From Candidatus Heimdallarchaeum aukensis (GTDB lineage Archaea > Asgardarchaeota > Heimdallarchaeia > Heimdallarchaeales > Heimdallarchaeaceae), in the NCBI GenBank assembly GCA_021513695.1, contig CP084166.1:1536001-1600000 (forward strand): a stretch of 64,000 nucleotides of DNA, given 5' to 3'. The notes under the pieces were generated by a model. It saw only the letters and a program-made list of their open reading frames with translations. It made no database searches and was not told the origin of the DNA. Made by a program: the position numbers and the translations under genes. Below are positions 19,129 through 29,865 of this stretch, in pieces (the first letter of the stretch is position 1; every line of letters begins with the position of its first letter).

Positions 19129-20526
19129 GTGGGGGTGTTATTGTCTAATTTTTCTCACCCTTATATTGCCAATTCTGAGCAAGATAAAAAAGAAATGCTC
19201 GCTGAACTTGGTTTAAATAGCATCGATGAGCTATACTCTGATATTCCTGATAGTATTAGATTCAAAGGAAAACTAGAACTACCTCATTTTCAAAGCGAAT
19301 TTGAAGTAAAAGAGCACATCGAGAAACTTTTATCAAAAAATGTCTCAACAAGAGAATGTCGATCATTTTTAGGTGGAGGATTACTCGATGTTTACATTCC
19401 CGCAGCTCAAGATGAACTACTAAGAAGAACAGAATTTTATAGCGCTTACACACCATACCAGCCAGAAACAAGTCAAGGAACATTGCATACACTATTTGAG
19501 TATCAAAGTATGATTTGTGAATTGCTTGCTATGGATACAGCTAATTGCTCTATGTATGACTGGGCTACTGCATTAGGTGAAGCAGCTTTAATGACTGCAA
19601 GGATAAATAAGAAAGGGAACAAATTCTTGTATACAGCAGCTACTGCACCTAACAGAAAAGAAGTATTGAAAAATTACGTTTCTGGAGCCAAACTTGAAAT
19701 AATAGAGATCCCTTATGACAAAGAAACTGGTAAAATGGACAAGGAGAAAGCTATAGAATTAATGGGAGAAGGAGTTGTAGGAATATACTTTGAAAATCCC
19801 AATTACTTTGGAGTAATTGAAGATGAGATTGAAGAAGTAATTAAAGTTGCAAAAGAGAAAAAGATTGTCGTTGTTGCTGGTGTTGATACAAGTTCTCTTG
19901 GAATAATGGAAGCCCCTGGTAATTATGGAGCAGACATAGCTATTGGAGACGCTCAATCTATTGGAGCTGGTCCATTAAATTACGGTGGCCCTTTAGCAGG
20001 AGTTTTTGCAATGAAATTTGACAAGAAGTGGACTAGACAAATGCCAGGGAGGATAGTTGGAATCACACTCACTCCAAAGAAAGGCAAGTGGGCATTTACT
20101 AACACACTTCAAACAAGAGAACAACACATTAAGAGATTTAGAGCAACAAGTAATATTTGTACAAACGAAGCTCTAATGGCAATGAGTACAGCTTTTCATC
20201 TTGCATTACTAGGTCCTCAAGGACTAAAAGAAACTGGAGAGTCAATGTATTATAATGCACACTACTTGAAAGAAGAACTTGAAAAAATAGGCGTAAAAAC
20301 TGTCTTTAACTCTGAATTCTTCAATACGTTTTTGGTAGATCTTAAGATACCTAAAGATAAAAAAGAAGAATTTACTAAATTCATGTTAGAACGAAAGATA
20401 TTTGCGGGGATACCATTTTCTTTAGATGGAGAAACCTATGATTATCTAATCACTACGTCCTATTTGCTGAAGAAGAAAGACCTTGACGATTATGTTAAGG
20501 CAATAGAGGAATGGAGGAATGAGTAA
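19129..20526 (+). CDS. gcvPA: Glycine dehydrogenase (decarboxylating) subunit 1
   Basis: 465 aa. Operon position and sequence are typical of the P-protein N-terminal subunit. Confidence 0.8.
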   Translation: MGVLLSNFSHPYIANSEQDKKEMLAELGLNSIDELYSDIPDSIRFKGKLELPHFQSEFEVKEHIEKLLSKNVSTRECRSFLGGGLLDVYIPAAQDELLRRTEFYSAYTPYQPETSQGTLHTLFEYQSMICELLAMDTANCSMYDWATALGEAALMTARINKKGNKFLYTAATAPNRKEVLKNYVSGAKLEIIEIPYDKETGKMDKEKAIELMGEGVVGIYFENPNYFGVIEDEIEEVIKVAKEKKIVVVAGVDTSSLGIMEAPGNYGADIAIGDAQSIGAGPLNYGGPLAGVFAMKFDKKWTRQMPGRIVGITLTPKKGKWAFTNTLQTREQHIKRFRATSNICTNEALMAMSTAFHLALLGPQGLKETGESMYYNAHYLKEELEKIGVKTVFNSEFFNTFLVDLKIPKDKKEEFTKFMLERKIFAGIPFSLDGETYDYLITTSYLLKKKDLDDYVKAIEEWRNE

Positions 20527-22066
20527 AATGACTTACAAGCAAGCAACATATGATGAACCTTTAATTTTTGAGTTAGGAAAACCAGGAAGAAGAGGACATC
20601 TTCCACCAAAGACAGATGTTCCCCCTAGAGAAATTACTATACCTTCAAATATGAAAAGGAAAGAACCTCCACAATTGCCTGAGATACATGAAGGAGAGGT
20701 AGTACGACACTATCTACATCTTTCACAAATGAATTACTGTGTAGACACGGGTATCTATCCTCTTGGTTCTTGTACAATGAAATATAATCCTAAAATAAAC
20801 GAAGCTTTAGCTAGAAATGAAAAACTATGCTATATTCATCCATATCAACCTGAAGAAACAGTACAAGGAATATTAGAACTAATTTACAACCTTCAAAAGA
20901 TCTTATCAGAATTAGCAGGTCTTCCTTATTGTACGCTTCAACCAGCTGCAGGAGCAGCAGGAGAATACCTAGGGTTAAATCTTATTCGAGCATATCATCA
21001 TGATCGAGGAGACTATGACAGAATAGACATCATTACTCCAGACTCTAGCCACGGAACAAACCCAGCAAGTACAGTAATGAATGGGTTCAACATTATTGAA
21101 ATTGAATCAAATAAGGATGGACAAGTAGATCTAGAAGCACTAAAAGCAGTTGTTTCTGAGAAAACAGCAGGTTTCATGATTACGAATCCTAATACTCTTG
21201 GAATATTTGAATCACAAATTGAAGAAATATCCAAAATTATCCATGATGCAGGTGGCTTACTCTACTATGATGGAGCAAACTTTAATGCAATAGTAGGAAT
21301 GATACGCCCTGGAGAAATGGGTTTTGATGTTCTTCATTTCAATTTACACAAAACTTTCTCAACTCCACATGGTGGAGGAGGACCAGGTTCTGGAGCAGTT
21401 TGTTGTTCAGAAAGATTGTCACCATATTTACCTGTACCTATTGTAGAGTTCGATAAAGCAAATAATCGTTACTTCTTAAATTATGACATTCCTAAAACTG
21501 TAGGTAAAATCCATGGTTACTATGGTAATATAGCCATAGCTCTCAGAGGATATGCATATATCTGTGCTCTTGGAGCAGATGGATTAATCGAAACATCAAG
21601 ACAAGCTGTTCTTAATGCAAACTATGTTATGAGGAAACTAGAGGAAATTGATGGTCTAGTATTGAAATACAACAGAGAGCTACCTAGAAAACATGAATGT
21701 GTTCTTGATGCAACTCCATTGAAGCATGAAATTGGCGTTGGAGCTATGGATATTGCTAAAATGCTAATCAGTAGAGGGTATCATGCACCAACAGTGCTAT
21801 TTCCACTAATCGTACATGAGGCCTTAATGATAGAACCCACAGAAAATGAGAATAAAGAAAGTTTGGACAGATACATACAAGTATTCAAAGAAGAAATCGC
21901 AAAAGCAAAAGAGAATCCACAATATGCTCATGATGCACCATATAACACCGCTGTGGGAAGAGTAGATGACGCTTGGGCAACAAGAAACTTAATCCTATCA
22001 TGGAAAATGATTAAAGAATTAGAAAAGAAAGGTCAATGGCCTCCACAATGGCCAGAAGATCATTAA
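20519..22066 (+). CDS. gcvPB: Glycine dehydrogenase (decarboxylating) subunit 2, PLP-binding
   Basis: 515 aa. HFNLHKTFSTPHGGGGPG PLP-lysine region. Overlaps gcvPA by 8 nt. Confidence 0.85.
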   Translation: MSKMTYKQATYDEPLIFELGKPGRRGHLPPKTDVPPREITIPSNMKRKEPPQLPEIHEGEVVRHYLHLSQMNYCVDTGIYPLGSCTMKYNPKINEALARNEKLCYIHPYQPEETVQGILELIYNLQKILSELAGLPYCTLQPAAGAAGEYLGLNLIRAYHHDRGDYDRIDIITPDSSHGTNPASTVMNGFNIIEIESNKDGQVDLEALKAVVSEKTAGFMITNPNTLGIFESQIEEISKIIHDAGGLLYYDGANFNAIVGMIRPGEMGFDVLHFNLHKTFSTPHGGGGPGSGAVCCSERLSPYLPVPIVEFDKANNRYFLNYDIPKTVGKIHGYYGNIAIALRGYAYICALGADGLIETSRQAVLNANYVMRKLEEIDGLVLKYNRELPRKHECVLDATPLKHEIGVGAMDIAKMLISRGYHAPTVLFPLIVHEALMIEPTENENKESLDRYIQVFKEEIAKAKENPQYAHDAPYNTAVGRVDDAWATRNLILSWKMIKELEKKGQWPPQWPEDH

Positions 22067-22206
22067 ATCATTTTTTCTTCTTTTTTGTTTATTTTAGTTT
22101 TATTTTGTTTTAATAAAATCTGTATTCCTATTTACTATTAACCCGTATAAAATAGTTTAGAACAAGAACTTTATTATTAGTTAATTTACAATCCTATTGA
22201 AGAAAA

Positions 22207-25182
22207 ATGTCAATGGAAAATGTCCCAATGAAAAAAATTGATGAGGTAACATGGGAGATACCAACATCATATAAGAAAGGGATGAAAGTCCCAGCAAGAC
22301 TATTTTTAACACCAGAATTGAAAAAAGGAGTAGAACTTCGAGTAGTAGAACAAATAACTAATGTAGCGACATTGCCAGGAATAGTAAAATATGCAATAGC
22401 TTTACCAGACACTCATGCTGGATATGGATTCCCTATTGGAGGAGTAGCTGCAATGGATGTGAAGGAAGGAGTAATATCTCCAGGAGGGGTTGGATTTGAC
22501 ATAAATTGCTTACCAGGAGACACTTTAATTCTTCATAGCTTGGGTTATAGAAAAACTATTAAAGAATTTGAATCGGATTGGCGTAACACGGAATTATGTG
22601 TCTTCAATACATCAGAAAATTCTATGGAAACTGCGTCTATTGCCTATTTTCTTAAAAAAAGAGACACTGAAGTTTATACTATTCGCACTTATTGTGGTTA
22701 CACAATTAAGGCTACTCCTGATCATCCTTTACTTACTCCAGATGGCATGATTGAAACTCAGAATCTACATGTAGGTGACAAATTAGCCATTTATCCTTTT
22801 GAGGGTATAGATTATGAAGAACCAAAAAATGAAATTCTTCTAACTGAAGAAGATATCTTAAAGCTTGACCTAGGGTTTGATAATCAATCTATCGTTAAAG
22901 AGTTAAAGAAAAGAGATTTGCTCCCCCTTACTCTCAATAATCCTAAGCTACCATACCTGCTATCTATTATTGGTTTTATCCTTGGTGATGGAACAGTAAT
23001 AGTTTCATCAACAACAGAAGGAAAGAAAGGTTACATCACATTTTATGGAAAGCCTGAAGATTTAGATGAGATACGAGAGGATGTAAGAAAACTTGGATGG
23101 TCTCCCTCAAAAATTTACCATCGTACAAAAAAAGCACCTTTCTTCAAGAACGGATATGTAAAAGATATTATCTCTGAAGAATATTCATTTAAGCAAGTGT
23201 CACGTTCGTTTGTAAGTTTAATTGCTGCACTAGGCTTTCCTGTAGGAAGCCGAGTCTCTCAGGATTGGGTTTTACCAGAATGGTTGATGAAGGTTCCAAA
23301 ATGGATGAAACGATTATTTTTAGCTTCACTTCAAGGAGCAGATATGAGTACACCAACTACATTGACTTCTAACGAAGGTACATTTTACATGCCATATATC
23401 AAAATTCATAGAAAAGAATCATACGAACAATCAGGTCTTCAATATATTAAACAACTTCAACAACTTTACAATGAATTTAATATTAATACATCAATTTCAG
23501 AGCCAGTTTTACGATATACTAATGAAGAAGGAACAAAAAGCTATGCTATAACCATTTTCATAAAAGGTGATTCGCAAAACTTGATCAAACTTTTCTCTAC
23601 TATTAATTTTAAATATAACAAAAGAAAACAGTGGTTAGCTAATGCTGCTACAGTATACTTAAAACTTAAAGAAAAAGAAATTGAATCTCGTAACACAGCA
23701 AGAAAAGAAATAATAAAGTTGAAAGAAGAAAATAAAGGCATTACAGAAATTTCTAAATTAATGAACGATAAATACGGAGTAAACAGACGTTTTGTAGAAA
23801 GAACGATCTACGATGGTGTAGTTGATCATTCAAGGCCATCTAAAGCGTTTTTCTCATTTGAAGCATTTTTGGGTGCGTGTTGCGACAATTTGGAAGAAAG
23901 TGGCGTTGTCTGGGATAAAATAGTATCAATAGAAAAAGAAGATTTTGATGATTATGTCTATGATTTTACAATTAACCATGAATCACACAACTTTGTTGCA
24001 AATTCAATTATAGTTTCAAATTGCGGCGTCCGTATGTTATCTACACATCTTTCAGAATCAGAAGTTCGCCCTAAAATTTCAGAATTGATTAATAAGCTTT
24101 TTAGAGCAGTTCCTGCAGGTGTTGGAGTAAAAAGTACTCTTCGTCTTAATGATTCGCAGTTTAATGAAGTTCTTGAGACAGGAGCCACATGGTGTCTAGA
24201 AAATGGATATGCTTCTAAAGAAGATGTAGAGAGAATTGAAAGTGAAGGACACCTTCCTCATGCTGATGCGTCTAAAGTAAGTCAAAGGGCAAAACAACGT
24301 GGTCGTAGTCAATTAGGTACATTGGGTTCTGGAAACCATTATCTTGAGATTCAAGTTTTAGAAGAAGGAGATCTCTTCGATCCAGAGATAGGAAAAGAAC
24401 TTGGACTTACTCATGCTAAACAAATATCTGTTATGATACATTGCGGTTCTAGAGGTTTAGGTCATCAAGTAGCTTCAGATTACCTAAAAACTTGTGTTCA
24501 AGCTATGGACAAGTATAAGATACCAGTGTTGGATCAAGAGTTAGCTAGTGTACCCATTACTTCTAAAGAGGGTGAAGATTATTTTGCAGCAATGAATGCA
24601 GCAGCTAACATGGCTTTTGCTAATAGACAAATAATTACACATAAAGTTAGAGAAGTCTTTGAAGAGGTTTTCAAAAAAGACAGCGATGAACTAGGATTAA
24701 AGTTAATTTACGATGTTGCCCATAACATTGCTAAAATGGAAGAACATGAAGTTGATGGAAAGAAAAGAAAACTTGTTATTCATCGAAAAGGTGCAACGAG
24801 AGGTTTTCCACCTGGTCACCCAGAAATCCCTAAAGCCTATCAAAAAATCGGCCAGCCAGTAATTATTGGAGGTTCAATGGAAACAGGTTCTTATCTTCTT
24901 GTAGGAACACAAAAATCGATGGAGATTACTTTTGGTTCAACTGCTCATGGAGCAGGAAGAGTGATGAGTAGAGCACAAGCTAGAAGAGTCAAAAGAGGAG
25001 AAGAGGTACAAAGACAACTATCTAATAAAGGAATATATCTAAAAGGAGCATCATATAAGGGTATTGCAGAAGAAGGAGGGCATGCTTACAAAGATATAGA
25101 TGCTGTAATCCACGCATTAAAGGTAGCAGGAATATCCCATCCAGTAGCAAGATTAAGACCAATAGGCAACATTAAAGGTTAA
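22207..25182 (+). CDS. rtcB: RtcB 3-prime-phosphate RNA ligase (tRNA splicing ligase) interrupted by an in-frame intein
   Basis: Exteins: ...PGGVGFDIN | intein | CGVRM... reconstitutes the RtcB DINCGVR motif. C-terminal RtcB blocks GSGNHYLE, HRKGATRGF and GSMETGSY are present. Total 991 aa, of which about 486 aa is extein. Confidence 0.9.
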   Translation: MSMENVPMKKIDEVTWEIPTSYKKGMKVPARLFLTPELKKGVELRVVEQITNVATLPGIVKYAIALPDTHAGYGFPIGGVAAMDVKEGVISPGGVGFDINCLPGDTLILHSLGYRKTIKEFESDWRNTELCVFNTSENSMETASIAYFLKKRDTEVYTIRTYCGYTIKATPDHPLLTPDGMIETQNLHVGDKLAIYPFEGIDYEEPKNEILLTEEDILKLDLGFDNQSIVKELKKRDLLPLTLNNPKLPYLLSIIGFILGDGTVIVSSTTEGKKGYITFYGKPEDLDEIREDVRKLGWSPSKIYHRTKKAPFFKNGYVKDIISEEYSFKQVSRSFVSLIAALGFPVGSRVSQDWVLPEWLMKVPKWMKRLFLASLQGADMSTPTTLTSNEGTFYMPYIKIHRKESYEQSGLQYIKQLQQLYNEFNINTSISEPVLRYTNEEGTKSYAITIFIKGDSQNLIKLFSTINFKYNKRKQWLANAATVYLKLKEKEIESRNTARKEIIKLKEENKGITEISKLMNDKYGVNRRFVERTIYDGVVDHSRPSKAFFSFEAFLGACCDNLEESGVVWDKIVSIEKEDFDDYVYDFTINHESHNFVANSIIVSNCGVRMLSTHLSESEVRPKISELINKLFRAVPAGVGVKSTLRLNDSQFNEVLETGATWCLENGYASKEDVERIESEGHLPHADASKVSQRAKQRGRSQLGTLGSGNHYLEIQVLEEGDLFDPEIGKELGLTHAKQISVMIHCGSRGLGHQVASDYLKTCVQAMDKYKIPVLDQELASVPITSKEGEDYFAAMNAAANMAFANRQIITHKVREVFEEVFKKDSDELGLKLIYDVAHNIAKMEEHEVDGKKRKLVIHRKGATRGFPPGHPEIPKAYQKIGQPVIIGGSMETGSYLLVGTQKSMEITFGSTAHGAGRVMSRAQARRVKRGEEVQRQLSNKGIYLKGASYKGIAEEGGHAYKDIDAVIHALKVAGISHPVARLRPIGNIKG
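22507..24021 (+). mobile_element. Intein (505 aa) with a LAGLIDADG homing-endonuclease domain, inserted in rtcB
   Basis: Starts with Cys (CLPGDTLIL) and ends ...IVSN followed by the +1 Cys. Internal LLSIIGFILGDGTV is a LAGLIDADG-type motif. The insertion splits the conserved RtcB DINC|GVR site. Confidence 0.8.
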
Positions 25183-25213
25183 AAAACCTTTTTTCTGATT
25201 TTTTGATTTAATT

Positions 25214-26272
25214 TTAAGGTCTATTTCTTAGATCAACAATGTTTACGCTTAGCTTCATTTTTTTAGCCCAAGAAGAAATACGCTTTACAGCTTCATCTGT
25301 ACTTTCAAGTTGAGCTCCAGAAGCAGGTTTATGTCCTCCTCCATTCATTGTTTTAGCAAGTTTATCAACTCGTAAAAAGTCAATTTGTTCATCAGACAAC
25401 CTTTTACTCAACCTTAGACTTATTCTTGTAATATCAGGATACTCTGTTAAATATGCTGTCCCTTTCGCTCCCCTATACATCACTTCATGAGCAATGTAAG
25501 TAACATTATAATGTGAAGGTCTATCAATTAATATAACAAAATCTGCTATTTCAATTTCTTGGGAAACATCATGAGCCTTTTTTCTTCCGTATCTTAAATT
25601 ACTGATTTTTTTGTGAATAAACTCTACGTTAGGATTTTCTAGATCCCATAGACCTAGCCAACCTTTTTTTGAGAGAATATCGGTTAATATGGCATGATCC
25701 TCTAATGTAAAAGCTGTCTTACACGCATCCTCTAAGAACCATATTTTTGTATCTTCGTTAAAATCTTCTAGAGAGGATTCCAATTCAATTGGAGGTGGAA
25801 TCGAGTAACTTGCTGTATCAGTAATTTCTGTCATTTTGGCTAATTCAATAATATAATCGGGAAGAACAGAAGAATAATTTTTAGATAGTAGATAAGAGGT
25901 ACTTAATCCTCCTGCTTCAAAAAATATCTTTCGCGCATTAATTAATTTTCCAACTGCAGAAATGTGATGATCAACATATAGTTCCATCTCATTAAGATTA
26001 AACGGCTCTAAATCTACTATTGCAAACCAGTTAGCTTTCTCAAATTTTTTTCGAAGATTGGGATTATTAAGCAGTGAATAATCGATTGGCAAGTAAACTA
26101 GTTTTTGATTGTTCTCAAAGAGTTTCTTAACAATTGCTCCCGAAACTATTCCATCACAACAATTATAATGATAAGCTACCTTCATAGTTTTCCTTTTTTT
26201 AAGTTCAGAAAGGATTTTATTTCTGTATTCTTTCCTTTGCTTCTGTATATCAGATATTTCCATCTTAATCAA
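25214..26272 (-). CDS. DHH-superfamily phosphoesterase (NrnA/RecJ-like)
   Basis: HYNCCDG region and YVDHHIS (the DHH motif) in a 352-aa protein. Confidence 0.55.
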   Translation of the reverse strand: MIKMEISDIQKQRKEYRNKILSELKKRKTMKVAYHYNCCDGIVSGAIVKKLFENNQKLVYLPIDYSLLNNPNLRKKFEKANWFAIVDLEPFNLNEMELYVDHHISAVGKLINARKIFFEAGGLSTSYLLSKNYSSVLPDYIIELAKMTEITDTASYSIPPPIELESSLEDFNEDTKIWFLEDACKTAFTLEDHAILTDILSKKGWLGLWDLENPNVEFIHKKISNLRYGRKKAHDVSQEIEIADFVILIDRPSHYNVTYIAHEVMYRGAKGTAYLTEYPDITRISLRLSKRLSDEQIDFLRVDKLAKTMNGGGHKPASGAQLESTDEAVKRISSWAKKMKLSVNIVDLRNRP

Positions 26273-26278
26273 CTTCTA

Positions 26279-27067
26279 TCAACTAATATTTGCAAACTCT
26301 TTGAAGTTTCTTGATAATACTTCTGAAACTTCATCTATTGATAAGTTTTTTACTTCAGCTATTTTTTCAATAATTTGAGGGATAATAGCTGGAGAACCTA
26401 TTATTTTTTCTCCTTTTATCCAATATTTTACATTCCCGTCTGATTCAGTTAATAATTGCTCTAACCCCACCTCTTCTAGAACAAAACGATGTGTACTACC
26501 TCCTAAAATTGAAGGATTGATTGAAAAGAATACACCTTTATCTCTAAATTTGTAAAGCATTTTTTTCGGGCCTGAATACCAATGTATCAAAATGTTAGAA
26601 GGAGGAATCGAAAAAGAATCTAAGAGCTCATAAACTCTTTCTTCTGCCCCTTTTGAGTGAACGTTAATGGGAATTGAATTTTTCTCTGAGAGAGTAAGAA
26701 AGAAACTAAAAACTTCTTCTTGAAGAGGATAATACTGCTCTTTTTTAATAAAATGGTGATCTAATCCTATTTCCCCAAAAATCAGAGGAGAAACAGTTGC
26801 TACATAGTTAGAAATTTTGTTGATCTGTTCTTCAAGCATATTACGCTTTACTTTCCAAGGATGAATACCAAACCCAGGAATAATCTGCTTGTATTTTTTT
26901 TGAAGTTCAATTGCTTTTTCAATCTCTGTATATTTCATAGATACTCCTATAACATATTCCAAACCAAGATCTGACCATTGTTTCATAAAATTATCAATAT
27001 CTTTGTAAAAGTAATTAATAGGTAAATGGCAATGAGCATCGTGAAATTGCATGATAAAATTTATCAT
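26279..27067 (-). CDS. TatD-family metal-dependent hydrolase
   Basis: N-terminal HDAHCHL motif, GIHPW and GEIGLD blocks, about 260 aa. Confidence 0.7.
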   Translation of the reverse strand: MINFIMQFHDAHCHLPINYFYKDIDNFMKQWSDLGLEYVIGVSMKYTEIEKAIELQKKYKQIIPGFGIHPWKVKRNMLEEQINKISNYVATVSPLIFGEIGLDHHFIKKEQYYPLQEEVFSFFLTLSEKNSIPINVHSKGAEERVYELLDSFSIPPSNILIHWYSGPKKMLYKFRDKGVFFSINPSILGGSTHRFVLEEVGLEQLLTESDGNVKYWIKGEKIIGSPAIIPQIIEKIAEVKNLSIDEVSEVLSRNFKEFANIS

Positions 27068-27412
27068 AGAGTTTATTTATTTGTTTGGTAAAGTTTACAC
27101 TAAGAGGAATAAAATTATGTCAAGTTTAGAAGAAAGAGTTGAGAAACTAGAGAAAGAAGTAGAACGTTTACGTAATTTGCTCGAACAACATCTTCATCAA
27201 CATGGATGGCGCCCCCAACCAATAAAACCTAAACCTAACATCCCTCCAAAGCATCCTTTTAAACCAAATCATGATGATTTACACGAACCTTTTAAAATAG
27301 ATTAAAAGAAAATCCAGAGTAAGGATCACCAATTGGTTTTGTAAAAGCTTTGTTTTTCTATTAGAACAAACTCTTTATATTTAGATTTTTTAAAAGAATA
27401 TTGATGTAACTA

Positions 27413-28237
27413 ATGCCACAGAAGAAGAGAGATTTTGCAAAGATTGTTCGAAATATGATCAGACAAAGTGAAGTAGTTTGTGAAGTAATAGATGGACGTT
27501 TTCCATCACTATCCAGAGTTAGAAAATACGAAAATATGGTATTAAGAAATCCAAAAAAAAGTCTTGTAATAGCAATGAATAAAATTGACTTAGTTCCTGA
27601 CAAAGTAGTAAAAAAGTGGAAGAAAATTCTTGAAGAAGAAGGATTAAATGTTATTGCGGTAAGTGCAAGAGAAAGGTTAAGCACCTCTATATTAAGAAAA
27701 GAACTGCTTAAAGTTGCTCCACCAGAAACATACTTTGTAACTGCTTGTTTTATTGGTTTACCCAATACAGGCAAAAGTTCACTTATTAATATTCTAAAAG
27801 GAAGAGCTAGCGCTCCAGTTGCTCCGATCCCAGGTTACACAAGAGCAGAACAAGTATTAAGAATAACTACAAGATTAAGAATTTTTGATACACCTGGGGT
27901 ACTTACAAAAAATATTAACCCCAATGAGAGAATATTACTAGGTACTTATAGATGGGATCAGCTTGCAGACCATGTTAAAGCTTCTTGGGTGTTGGTTCAA
28001 GGAATAGAGAAGTATAACCCAGGAATTTTAACTGAAGTCTATGGAATAGAGTACCGTTCTCCTCCTGAATTTATTGAGAAATTCGCTGAAAAAAGGCATA
28101 GAAGAAAAAAAGGAGGAGTTTTAGATATTGAAGCAGCAGCTTCGATATTCATGAATGAGTATATTCAAGGAAAAATTCCGATATGGGAAGACCCTGAAAC
28201 GTATTTAAAAGAGAGAGAAGAACAAGAAGAGAGATAA
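27413..28237 (+). CDS. Circularly permuted GTPase (YlqF/RbgA or Lsg1/Nog2-like ribosome biogenesis GTPase)
   Basis: G4 (NKIDLV) precedes G1 (GLPNTGKSSLIN), followed by DTPG. This permuted motif order defines the YlqF/YawG family. Confidence 0.7.
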   Translation: MPQKKRDFAKIVRNMIRQSEVVCEVIDGRFPSLSRVRKYENMVLRNPKKSLVIAMNKIDLVPDKVVKKWKKILEEEGLNVIAVSARERLSTSILRKELLKVAPPETYFVTACFIGLPNTGKSSLINILKGRASAPVAPIPGYTRAEQVLRITTRLRIFDTPGVLTKNINPNERILLGTYRWDQLADHVKASWVLVQGIEKYNPGILTEVYGIEYRSPPEFIEKFAEKRHRRKKGGVLDIEAAASIFMNEYIQGKIPIWEDPETYLKEREEQEER

Positions 28238-28506
28238 AGATAATAAACATAGAGAATTAGTATATCAATTATAGATCAAACGCTTAACAATTCAGTTTTT
28301 GAAAAAATAGTTATTCGTTTTTTAATTTTACAAATTTACAACTAACAAATTTTTTTGTAGTTTTATAAATCGTTTAAATCCTTCTTTTAATTAGACAATA
28401 AATATTTACATAATACGATTGTTTTTTTTTATTAGGAGATAGTTCAATGAAAAAAAATATGTGTTCTTATTGTTAAAAGCATGTTCAAAAATTAATTTTT
28501 ATTAAT

Positions 28507-28983
28507 GTGGGGGTTTATGTCGGAAGTATGAGTTATTTCCAGATTTTAGACCCCCACAAAGTAAGAGAATTCATAGTCATTAATGAACCTTTCCTTAAGA
28601 AACTGGTGAAAGTGGAACCGAGAGAAAGTAAGAGAGGGAGAAAGAGAATAGCAGAAAGGTGGGTAATATTAGCAATAGCAATCATTGCTAGAATAGAAGG
28701 GATAGCTTGGAGGAAGTTAGAAGAAAAGTTGTCTCTATGCGCTTTTTTGATAGAAGAGGGGTGGATGAAGAAGATTCCTTCTAAATCCACTTTTCATGCT
28801 GTGTGGAGAGCGACAGAAAGTAAAATCTTAGAGCAGTGGATAATAGATTTAGGGGGAGAGATAGTGAGAAAAAAAGAGTTGAAAGCTATGGCGGTGGATA
28901 GTTCAGGGTTTAAAATTCGTCAAGCTTCTGTTTGGCGTTTTCTCAAGTGGTCAAGGGGAGCACTAAAGAAAATCTCCAACTAA
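28507..28983 (+). CDS. DDE transposase, N-terminal ORF of the IS element
   Basis: MAVDSSGFK (first Asp of DDE, as in AIDSTG), and the typical IS4/IS5 N-terminal region. Confidence 0.55.
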   Translation: MGVYVGSMSYFQILDPHKVREFIVINEPFLKKLVKVEPRESKRGRKRIAERWVILAIAIIARIEGIAWRKLEEKLSLCAFLIEEGWMKKIPSKSTFHAVWRATESKILEQWIIDLGGEIVRKKELKAMAVDSSGFKIRQASVWRFLKWSRGALKKISN

Positions 28984-29083
28984 ACTTTTCTGGAAGATAC
29001 ACCTTATAGTTGGTTTACCCTCCAGAGCTATAGTCTCTCTAGCACATTCTGCTAGTAACACTCACGATAGTAAAGTCTTCGGT

Positions 29084-29467
29084 TTGTTATGGCAGAAACT
29101 TCCTTCTGCACTCTTAAGACCTTTCTTGCGATTCTATGGTGACTGCGCCTATTGGACAGAAAATATCGTCGGTCTTCTTAGCCAACATTCTTTTTTCCCT
29201 GTTATTCCCCCAAAAAGTAATGCTCGTTATCCCTCTCCTCCTCCCATTGGACCAATAGTTCAAGCTCATCGTCTCTACCCTGGTCTCTATCGTCGTAATC
29301 ATCACCCCGAGTATCGTAGTAGTATTGAACACGTCTTTGGATTAGTCTTCTCAAACTCTCTCTTCCCCCAATCCTTGATCGTTTACCCTCCACCATCCTC
29401 TCTACCTTGTACAGTTCTCTCCTCTGTTACAACTACCTTTTACTCCTTCGGACCGTTTAGTAGGTGA
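29084..29467 (+). CDS. DDE transposase, C-terminal ORF of the IS element (separate frame or interrupted)
   Basis: YGDCAYWTENIV...FPVIPPKSNA resembles the C-terminal ADKGYDS...P.IP.K.N block of IS5-family transposases. It is separated from ORF1 by about 100 nt containing stops, so this is either a two-ORF (frameshift) arrangement or decay. Confidence 0.5.
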   Translation: MLWQKLPSALLRPFLRFYGDCAYWTENIVGLLSQHSFFPVIPPKSNARYPSPPPIGPIVQAHRLYPGLYRRNHHPEYRSSIEHVFGLVFSNSLFPQSLIVYPPPSSLPCTVLSSVTTTFYSFGPFSR

Positions 29468-29865
29468 AAAAGAATTTTTGGACATGCTTTGTTAATATTG
29501 TTGGGAAATTGAATAATTCTTCTTGGAGCACATTCTGGAACTAGCGAAACAACTACTCGTGCATTTTTAATAGAAAAAATAGAGATTACTGATAAGTTTG
29601 AAGGAACTACATCTACTCAATACAGAATACAAATTGGAATTCTTTTTGTAAGGATAGATGACTCTTCTGGTGCTACTTTCGATAATGACAAAAACTGTGG
29701 AGATTTAAGAACATTTCCAAAAGATTTTGATAACTATAATGGAGGTGGTGCCGATTTTTATGGTAATAAGTTATGTACCTTATATACTAAACATGTGATT
29801 TTTGTTCTTCTCTTTTCTTTTTCAAAGTAGAGGAAAAATAGAAGAAGAGAAGGTAGATTCTCTTC

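Larger units (their letters stand above)
28476..29491 (+). mobile_element. Small IS element, IS5-family-like (IS427/IS1031-type size), with imperfect terminal inverted repeats
   Basis: Left end aaaagcatgttcaaaaatt (28476-28494) versus the reverse complement of the right end aatttttggacatgctttg (29473-29491), 17 of 19 matching. It encloses two transposase ORFs. Local GC is clearly higher than in the flanks. Confidence 0.6.

Noticed and set aside
27051-27305. 84-aa ORF with a coiled-coil then Pro/His-rich tail overlapping the TatD start
   Set aside because: No homology recognised, and it overlaps the divergent gene's start region. It could be a genuine small protein, but the evidence is insufficient to call it.
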